Part shown: one piece after another, positions 1 to 5,341 of the stretch | Position numbering within the stretch: position 1 is the first letter of the stretch | How the letters are laid out: the number at the start of each line of letters is the position of its first letter | Virus record (IMG/VR): IMGVR_UViG_3300030463_000010 | DNA: 53,565 nt | DNA from: a virus | Reading direction: 5' to 3' (one strand) | Notes under the pieces: generated by a model | Told to the model about the DNA's origin: nothing | Database searches by the model: none | What the model saw: only the letters and a program-made list of their open reading frames with translations | Program-made: the position numbers and the translations under genes

Positions 1-123
1 ATTACTGTTTCCATCTCGTCGGCGGTAAATAGTTTTCTGCTGAGGCTGTCAAGGTAAAATACCCGCAGTTCGTCGCGGCTCTTGTCCTTGTGGTGCAGTT
101 CGTAGTCATCAGCGTATTTGATA
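1..123. repeat. Terminal overlap: 1-123 is an exact copy of 53443-53565 (circular closure; unique length 53442 bp)
   Basis: Read directly: both ends read ATTACTGTTTCCATCTCGTCGG...CAGCGTATTTGATA. A minus-strand ORF stays in frame across the junction. Confidence 0.95.
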
Positions 124-281
124 TGGTGCCCATCGGCAAACACAAGAACGGAATATCCAAAATAGCCGCCAAAGTCCACAAAATAAATCTGGTGTCCTTT
201 AATCTCTGTGACCTCTATTGCCTTTGCTGCGGCCTGCGCTTCTGTCAGCGCTTCAATATCGCGGATCGTGTATTCTTTCAT
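1..281 (-). CDS. N-terminal part of a 250-aa hypothetical protein that continues across the circular junction into 52971-53442
   Basis: ATG at 281 with AGGAGGA 10 nt upstream (291-297 on the plus strand). Reads MKEYTIRDIEALTEAQ...FTADE, then in frame into METVINYQDK... at the other end of the window. Confidence 0.7.
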   Translation of the reverse strand, partial: MKEYTIRDIEALTEAQAAAKAIEVTEIKGHQIYFVDFGGYFGYSVLVFADGHHIKYADDYELHHKDKSRDELRVFYLDSLSRKLFTADEMETV

Positions 282-402
282 TTCTGTTTTCCTCCTTGTC
301 ATGGAGGGCCGCCCGTGGTATAATGGGCGTGCCCTGGTTTGGTGGTACTTGCTGGGGCTTCTCTTTGCCCTGGCCACTGTTGCGAGTAGTGGCCGGGGCT
401 TT

Positions 403-567
403 TTAATAGTCAATATATACGGTGTAATCTGTGGGGCTTGTCTTCCTGATCTTGTGTCCGCTGGCCTTGTCCAGCGCTAACCATGCGTCCCGCTCCTGTT
501 CACTCTGGTATGGCCTTCTACAATTCCATTCTTTGCGGTATTTGTAGATATATTGGATAATGCCCAT
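403..567 (-). CDS. small hypothetical protein (54 aa)
   Basis: ATG at 567 with GGAAGGG upstream. MGIIQYIYKYRKEWNCRRPYQSEQERDAWLALDKASGHKIRKTSPTDYTVYIDY. Below the 60-aa cutoff of the ORF track. Confidence 0.45.
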   Translation of the reverse strand: MGIIQYIYKYRKEWNCRRPYQSEQERDAWLALDKASGHKIRKTSPTDYTVYIDY

Positions 568-663
568 GTTTTTCCCTTCCGGTCTGTGGCCTTGCTTTCC
601 CCTGCCGGTTGTGTTATAGTGGGGGCGACATGTGGCAGGCCATGCCGCCCCGTGTTCTTTGTT

Positions 664-707
664 AGATAGCCGCTTACTTGTTCAGGGTAGGGCGGCTATC
701 TTTTTTT
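664..707 (+). terminator. intrinsic-terminator-like hairpin (15-bp stem, then T7) oriented for the plus strand
   Basis: AGATAGCCGCTTAC (664-677) pairs with GTAGGGCGGCTATCT (687-701), followed by TTTTTTT. It sits between two minus-strand genes. Confidence 0.5.
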
Positions 708-837
708 ACTGCTTGGGAATGGCTTCCCGGATAATGCGGGCCGCGTCCTGCGGGTCTTTGGCCGTGGCCTCTACCAGCTTCGCCAGGGTTTCAAGGTAAG
801 ATGCTAATTCGGTCTGGGTCATGCTATCAGTCTCCAT
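706..837 (-). CDS. small hypothetical protein (43 aa)
   Basis: ATG at 837 preceded by GGAGGTAAC. METDSMTQTELASYLETLAKLVEATAKDPQDAARIIREAIPKQ. First gene after the minus-strand promoter. Confidence 0.45.
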   Translation of the reverse strand: METDSMTQTELASYLETLAKLVEATAKDPQDAARIIREAIPKQ

Positions 838-889
838 TTCGTTACCTCCTGCCCGGTAGATTCAGCGCGGTTTCCCTTGCTGTGATTAT

Positions 890-918
890 ATAATAGCATA
901 CTTGCATTTACCTGTCAA
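890..918 (-). promoter_or_regulatory. sigma70-type promoter TTGACA-17-TATTAT driving the minus-strand island operon
   Basis: -35 at 918..913 and -10 at 895..890 on the minus strand, read directly. Confidence 0.55.
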
Positions 919-1095
919 TAAGTTAATACAAAATAATTTCAAGATTTTTTACAATTACAGGGGCGGAGGTGGGCCGGGGCCGGGGCGATGGTTAGCCAGT
1001 CAAGGCACACCGGAGGGGGATATTCGCCGGAATAATGTAGGTAGGTCAGTCCTGTCAGCACCGAAAATAGAAAAAAGGCTTGTTGCAAAAACATA

Positions 1096-1124
1096 TTGAC
1101 ATTTGCAAAAACAAATGATACAAT
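1096..1124 (+). promoter_or_regulatory. sigma70-type promoter TTGACA-17-TACAAT upstream of the recombinase/terL genes
   Basis: -35 at 1096-1101 and -10 at 1119-1124. The -35 is flanked by two TTGCAAAAACA direct repeats (1083-1093, 1103-1113). Confidence 0.6.
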
Positions 1125-1151
1125 AAGTGCAACAAGTAAGGGGTGAAAGAT

Positions 1152-1916
1152 ATGATGGAGTTCAAAAACGCCATTGGGTATATTCGGGTAAGCACGGAGG
1201 CTCAGGCCGCAGATGATAAATATGGCATTGAGGCGCAGAAGGAAAAGATACTGGCTTATGCGAACGATAATGGGTACAACATCGTCAAGTGGTTTTGCGA
1301 TGAAGAAAGCGGAACGAGTGACGAGAGGCCGGAGCTAAACAAAATACTGTATGACGAGGACATTTCTAATCCTCCGTTTGAGGCCGTGATTGCGTTCAAG
1401 AGCGACCGAGTGGCGAGGGACACCAAACTGTACTTCTACTATCTGTATGTCCTCGAAAAGCGGAACATTAAGTTGCTGAGTACGCAAGAGGTGTTCCCGG
1501 AAGGGGATTTTGCAAATATCTACCGTGCATTGATGCTATTCGTGGCGGAGCAGGAGAGAAAGAACATTGCACTCCGCACGGGAAACGGAAGGAAGATTAA
1601 GGCGGCTGCTGGAGGATATAGTGGCGGTCGTACTGCTTATGGGTATAAGGTTGATAATGGGCGGCTTGTTATCAACGAAGAAGAGCGCCCCATTGTGGAG
1701 TTTGTGTTTGCGGAACATAGGAAAGGCACACCGATGCTGACGATTGCCGACAAGCTGAATGACCTTGGCTATCGGACACGAAAGGGGACGAAGTTCCAGA
1801 ACACGAGCGTTCGGAGCATTATCAAGAATGAGCCGCTTTACCGTGGGATGTATAAGTATGGAGATATGAATTGGGTTAAGGGTGTGCATGAGCCTATTCT
1901 AAAGGAGGACGAATAA
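1152..1916 (+). CDS. serine recombinase with a truncated large-serine-recombinase layout (resolvase catalytic domain plus recombinase domain, no zinc-ribbon/coiled-coil)
   Basis: IGYIRVSTEAQ catalytic-serine motif and SDRVARD. Then GGRTAYGYKV...EERPIVEFVF...LNDLGYRTRKG...SVRSIIKNEPLYRG, ending right after GVHEPIL. ATG at 1152 is better spaced from AAGGGG than the GTG at 1143. Confidence 0.85.
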   Translation: MMEFKNAIGYIRVSTEAQAADDKYGIEAQKEKILAYANDNGYNIVKWFCDEESGTSDERPELNKILYDEDISNPPFEAVIAFKSDRVARDTKLYFYYLYVLEKRNIKLLSTQEVFPEGDFANIYRALMLFVAEQERKNIALRTGNGRKIKAAAGGYSGGRTAYGYKVDNGRLVINEEERPIVEFVFAEHRKGTPMLTIADKLNDLGYRTRKGTKFQNTSVRSIIKNEPLYRGMYKYGDMNWVKGVHEPILKEDE

Positions 1917-1992
1917 ATGACATACGGTGAGATTTTAGAAAATGCCACAGAAGAAGAACGGAGCCGGTGGTATGTAGCGGAGGCATTTAGAA

Positions 1993-3627
1993 ATGGAGAT
2001 AAAAACACTGGTAGTGAGGGCATTTCAGAGAGATTTGTCCGACCCATCTGCGCTATCTGATGCGTTTGATTCGATCAGGTTGTTGGAGCCGGAAGATTTT
2101 TCGCTGGCACACGAGCGGAACAAGGAGGTGCGGAGGATGTCTGCAAAATTTGCCGCAGAACAAAAAAGCCTCCGCATGTTCGAGCTAAACAAGCGGAGTC
2201 TGCTGTTTGATGCCCCGTATGATTTTGATGCTCATTGCAGGTACATAGAATGGAATAGGCCGAACGATAAGAGGTTTTATATTCCAAGAAGAAAGCAATT
2301 GCTTCGTGTAGCAAAATCCCTTCAAAAGCTGGCGGACGGAGATCTGGATCTGTTGGCTATCAGTTTGCCTCCTGGAGTTGGGAAAACTACATTAGCTCTG
2401 TTTTTCTTGACTTGGCTTGCTGGACGAAGCCCGGAAAAACCGATTCTTGGAGGTTCACACTCTAACGCATTTCTTCGGGGAGTATACGATGAATGTCTGC
2501 GAATTCTTGATCCGCAGGGAGAATATTTGTGGCATGATGTGTTCCCGACGGTACAGGTAGTAAAAACCAATGCACAAGATATGATGATTGACCTTGGAAC
2601 CGATAAGAAACGAGGAAAGAGGTTCGCGACACTGGAATTTAGCTCTATTGGATCTGGAAATGCTGGTAAGGTTCGAGCAGAGAACTTGCTTTATTGTGAT
2701 GACCTTGTTGACGGCCTGGAGTCTGCTCTCTCCAAGGAACGCATGGACAAGTTGTGGAATCTGTACGCAACCGATCTTAGACAGCGAAAGATTGGAGATG
2801 CCAGAGAACTCCATATTGCAACGAGGTGGTCTGTCCATGATGTTATTGGACGATTAGAGCAGATGTATGGGGAGAATGATAGAGCAGAATTTATCGTTGT
2901 ACCGGCGCTGGACGAAAACGATGAAAGCAATTTTGACTATGGAAACCATGCCGGATTTACCACAGCGTTTTACCATGAGCAACGGGATGTTATGGATGAT
3001 GCTTCTTGGCGAGCGTTATTCATGAATCAACCAATCGAGCGTGAAGGACAGCTCTACAATGAGGATGAGCTGCGCAGGTACTTTGAACTTCCTGACGGAA
3101 AACCAGATGCAGTTCTGTTTGTGTGCGATACGAAGGACAAGGGCACTGATTACTGCGTCATGCCGATTTGTTATCAGTACGGGAATGACTTTTATTGTGA
3201 AGACGTAGTATGTGACAACAGCAATCCAGAGGTTGTAGAGGCGCGGCTGGTGTCAAAACTACTTCAGCACAAGGCTCAGATGGGCCAGTTTGAAAGTAAC
3301 AGCGCTGGTGGTAAAGTAGCAGAAAAAGTTCAAAAAGAAGTGAAGGAAGCTGGCGGAATCGCAAAAATCACAACAAAATACACAACACAGGGGAAAGAGA
3401 CAAAGATCATAGTAAATTCCCCGTGGGTAAAAGAACGGGTTTTATTTAAGGACAATTCTATCATAAAGAAAGATAAGGAGTATCGCCGGATGCTAAACTT
3501 CCTATGCGGCTATACGATGGCTGGGAAAAATAAACATGACGATGTTCCTGATGCTTGGGCAATGTTTGCTGAGTATGTCCAGCAACTAGAAGGGAACAGG
3601 GTGGAGGTGTTCCGGCGCCCATTCTAA
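1993..3627 (+). CDS. terL: terminase large subunit
   Basis: 544 aa. Walker A-like LPPGVGKTT, Walker B-like LLYCDDLVD, C-terminal nuclease-type region. GGAGG 9 nt upstream. Confidence 0.9.
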   Translation: MEIKTLVVRAFQRDLSDPSALSDAFDSIRLLEPEDFSLAHERNKEVRRMSAKFAAEQKSLRMFELNKRSLLFDAPYDFDAHCRYIEWNRPNDKRFYIPRRKQLLRVAKSLQKLADGDLDLLAISLPPGVGKTTLALFFLTWLAGRSPEKPILGGSHSNAFLRGVYDECLRILDPQGEYLWHDVFPTVQVVKTNAQDMMIDLGTDKKRGKRFATLEFSSIGSGNAGKVRAENLLYCDDLVDGLESALSKERMDKLWNLYATDLRQRKIGDARELHIATRWSVHDVIGRLEQMYGENDRAEFIVVPALDENDESNFDYGNHAGFTTAFYHEQRDVMDDASWRALFMNQPIEREGQLYNEDELRRYFELPDGKPDAVLFVCDTKDKGTDYCVMPICYQYGNDFYCEDVVCDNSNPEVVEARLVSKLLQHKAQMGQFESNSAGGKVAEKVQKEVKEAGGIAKITTKYTTQGKETKIIVNSPWVKERVLFKDNSIIKKDKEYRRMLNFLCGYTMAGKNKHDDVPDAWAMFAEYVQQLEGNRVEVFRRPF

Positions 3628-3654
3628 AAACACAAAATATTGTATATAAATATA

Positions 3655-3682
3655 TTGATTTATCTATATATTGTGGTATAAT
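3655..3682 (+). promoter_or_regulatory. strong extended -10 promoter TTGATT-16-TGgTATAAT facing the non-coding RNA locus
   Basis: Read directly in the AT-rich spacer just after the terL stop (3625-3627). Confidence 0.65.
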
Positions 3683-3788
3683 ATATATGGAATAGGGTAC
3701 TTGCACTATACAATCTTGTCTTTCACCTCCTTCACACAACATATGGGGTGGTGGCGAAAACCACTGCCCCTGCTGTGTGGAACTCTAT

Positions 3789-3866
3789 GCCCTTGTAGCT
3801 CAGTAGGTAGAGCGGCCCAGGAATATGGGTGATTGAAGCGTCGCCGGTTCGAGTCCGGCCGGGGGC
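3789..3866 (+). tRNA. tRNA-like element with a non-canonical anticodon arm (6-nt loop GGAATA, 12-nt variable region)
   Basis: Acceptor GCCCTTG/CGGGGGC, D arm GCTC-AGTAGGTA-GAGC and T arm GCCGG-TTCGAGT-CCGGC are canonical. The anticodon stem GCCCA/TGGGT leaves only 6 loop nt. Confidence 0.5.
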
Positions 3867-4277
3867 TTGGCAACCCGCACCTTTCGCGGAGCCAATTTAA
3901 GCCGCCTCCTTGTGATGCCTCCCCACAATCCGGGGACAGGTAGTAACCTGGGGCAAACCGCAGGAATGCCTTTCGAGGCTGGCCCTGCAAAGCAGACCGC
4001 TCCAAAGGCCACGGAGCTGACACCCCGGAAAGACGGGGGCATGCGGAACATAGGCACCCCAAAAACGGGGAGGTCACAGCAAGCGAAGGGCACGCTGCTC
4101 TAAGTGCTAAAGCGGGGCAGGGCCGCGATGTTCCACCAGAGGCCGGGTCGCTCCCGGATGATCTGAGCGTAGCGCAATTCCTCAGAGAGAATGACAATGC
4201 CCGCTGAAAACTGCGCCAGAGTTCCGCAATCGGGGCCGATATACGGCGTGTGACAATTAAGCGGGAAGCGCACATAT

Positions 4278-4347
4278 ACGGGTGTAGCTCAATGGAGAGC
4301 GCCGGTCTCCAAAACCGGAGGTTGGGGGAACAGAGCCTTCCACCCGT
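4278..4347 (+). tRNA. tRNA-Trp(CCA)-like element with an aberrant T arm
   Basis: Acceptor ACGGGTG/CACCCGT is perfect, with D arm GCTC-AATGGA-GAGC and anticodon arm CCGGT-CTCCAAA-ACCGG. The T arm GGGGG-AACAGAG-CCTTC lacks the TTC motif. Confidence 0.55.
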
Positions 4348-4710
4348 GCCAGTGCCCTGCATGACAATGGTCTTGGTCCATATCACCTGAAAAGGCGATG
4401 GCGGCTTGCAACGCAGCGGGGCAATGATATGCCTCTCCTCGCCGCATGAGGCGGGCGGTGGCACCACGGCCCTCCCGTTTAGGGCGAAACGATATGCAGA
4501 TTGCGACGGCCTTATGGGCGAGGCGTTAATCACTGGAACGGCTTCCAGTGTCGCAAAAGCCGAAAACCATTGAGCGGTGGCGGAAAATGTAGACGCTTAC
4601 CGAGTAAGGCCATACTGGCGCCTGCGCCAGTCTCGACTGATTAGGCCATGTTAGGTGAAAATCCTCACCCGCTCAAATATGCCGCCCCGCAGTTGCGCGA
4701 GACGGGGACG

Positions 4711-4748
4711 GGAAAAGAACAGCCTGCCTTATAAAATAAAGCAGACTG
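4711..4748 (-). terminator. intrinsic terminator of the minus-strand 65-aa gene (weaker in the plus orientation)
   Basis: On the minus strand, CAGUCUGCUUU-AUUUUAU-AAGGCAGGCUG (11 bp including 2 G-U) is followed by UUCUUUUCC. Confidence 0.6.
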
Positions 4749-4763
4749 ATCTATTGTTGTTAT

Positions 4764-4961
4764 TTAAATTTCGATTTCGAGACGTTGCGCAATCTCTTCA
4801 ACGCTATACTTTTTAGATGCTTCCTCAAGAATTAACTGGATTTTTGCGGGTTTCAAAAGTGCTTCCTTTTCTGCTTGTAGTTTTTGAATTTGCGCATCAA
4901 TAGATTTTATTTTAGCCTCCGGGGAGCGGCTTCTCTTTTTAGTCACTTTGTTTTCGTCCAT
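4764..4961 (-). CDS. small coiled-coil protein (65 aa), hypothetical
   Basis: ATG with AAAGGAGGTG upstream. MDENKVTKKRSRSPEAKIKSIDAQIQKLQAEKEALL... Has its own promoter and terminator. Confidence 0.6.
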   Translation of the reverse strand: MDENKVTKKRSRSPEAKIKSIDAQIQKLQAEKEALLKPAKIQLILEEASKKYSVEEIAQRLEIEI

Positions 4962-4986
4962 AAAATCACCTCCTTTTATGTAAATT

Positions 4987-5015
4987 ATTATATTGCACTA
5001 ATAGCATAAATACAA
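4987..5015 (-). promoter_or_regulatory. sigma70-type promoter TTGTAT-17-TATAAT for the 65-aa gene
   Basis: -35 at 5015..5010 and -10 at 4992..4987 on the minus strand. Confidence 0.5.
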
Positions 5016-5042
5016 GGGGGGCTAGATGTCGATAATGGGGGT

Positions 5043-5219
5043 ATGTCAAAAGTGAAAGTGGATGTCTACTGTCCTATCTGTGCTGCTGCTGGTATCAATC
5101 ATGGCAAAGGGCGGCTTTTGATGCAGGTGGATAGCAAAACAACGGGTATAGTTTATCCATACTGCAAGGCTTGCAAGAAAAACATCAAGATTGATTTAAA
5201 TGGCGATAAAAGCGCCTGA
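5043..5219 (+). CDS. zinc-ribbon protein (58 aa), Com/cysteine-rich-KTR-like
   Basis: MSKVKVDVYCPICAAAG...GRLLMQV...YPYCKACKKNIKIDL has two CxxC pairs. GGGGG RBS. Below the ORF-track cutoff. Confidence 0.6.
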   Translation: MSKVKVDVYCPICAAAGINHGKGRLLMQVDSKTTGIVYPYCKACKKNIKIDLNGDKSA

Positions 5220-5231
5220 GAATTATAGTTT

Positions 5232-5279
5232 AGTGCCAAGTGCCAGGCCACTAGCTGGCCTCTAAGAGTGCCAAGTGCC
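5232..5279 (+). repeat. AGTGCC heptad array, site 1: AGTGCCAAGTGCC, a 6-bp hairpin, then AGTGCCAAGTGCC
   Basis: Copies at 5232-5244 and 5267-5279 flank the hairpin AGGCCA-CTAGC-TGGCCT. Lies 63 nt upstream of the portal start. Confidence 0.85.
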
Positions 5280-5341
5280 GATCAGTTACCGAGGAACCCT
5301 CGGTAGTTGGTCGGCATTTTTGCTGTTCTGGAGGTGATAAG

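Larger units (their letters stand above)
3690..4710 (+). ncRNA. candidate large structured non-coding RNA locus (ROOL/GOLLD-like class suspected, not verified)
   Basis: GC-rich, with no start codon plus RBS in any frame. Contains two tRNA-shaped modules and many GC helices with A-rich loops (3745-3770, 4023-4038, 4143-4157, 4531-4550, 4596-4608, 4614-4631, 4654-4669). Also a long-range pairing between 4570-4577 and 4669-4676. Confidence 0.5.

Noticed and set aside
1143-1916. Idea that the small serine recombinase is a Hin/Gin/Cin-type invertase switching fibre genes or a promoter
   Set aside because: By eye I found no inverted repeat pair flanking the fibre cassettes, the 838-1142 promoter region or any other segment. 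The protein also has large-serine-recombinase rather than invertase architecture. A computational inverted-repeat search would be needed to exclude the idea fully.
1917-2060. 47-aa ORF (MTYGEILENATEEERSRWYVAEAF...) starting at the recombinase stop and overlapping the terL start
   Set aside because: It has no convincing RBS and overlaps the terL start in another frame. It could be a remnant of the deleted recombinase 3' region or a real micro-gene, and the sequence alone cannot decide.
3789-3866. Calling this element a standard functional tRNA with an assigned anticodon
   Set aside because: No register gives a 5-bp anticodon stem with a 7-nt loop. The best pairing leaves a 6-nt loop (or a 4-bp stem with an 8-nt loop), plus a 12-nt variable region without a clear extra arm. 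It is reported only as tRNA-like.
3706-4533. 275-aa minus-strand ORF (also 3800-4093 minus, 3867-4103 plus) across the terL-portal spacer
   Set aside because: There is no RBS and the composition is Arg/Pro/Cys/Gly-rich and low-complexity. The ORFs run antisense or sense straight through two tRNA-shaped elements and GC helices, which is typical of shadow frames in GC-rich structured RNA.
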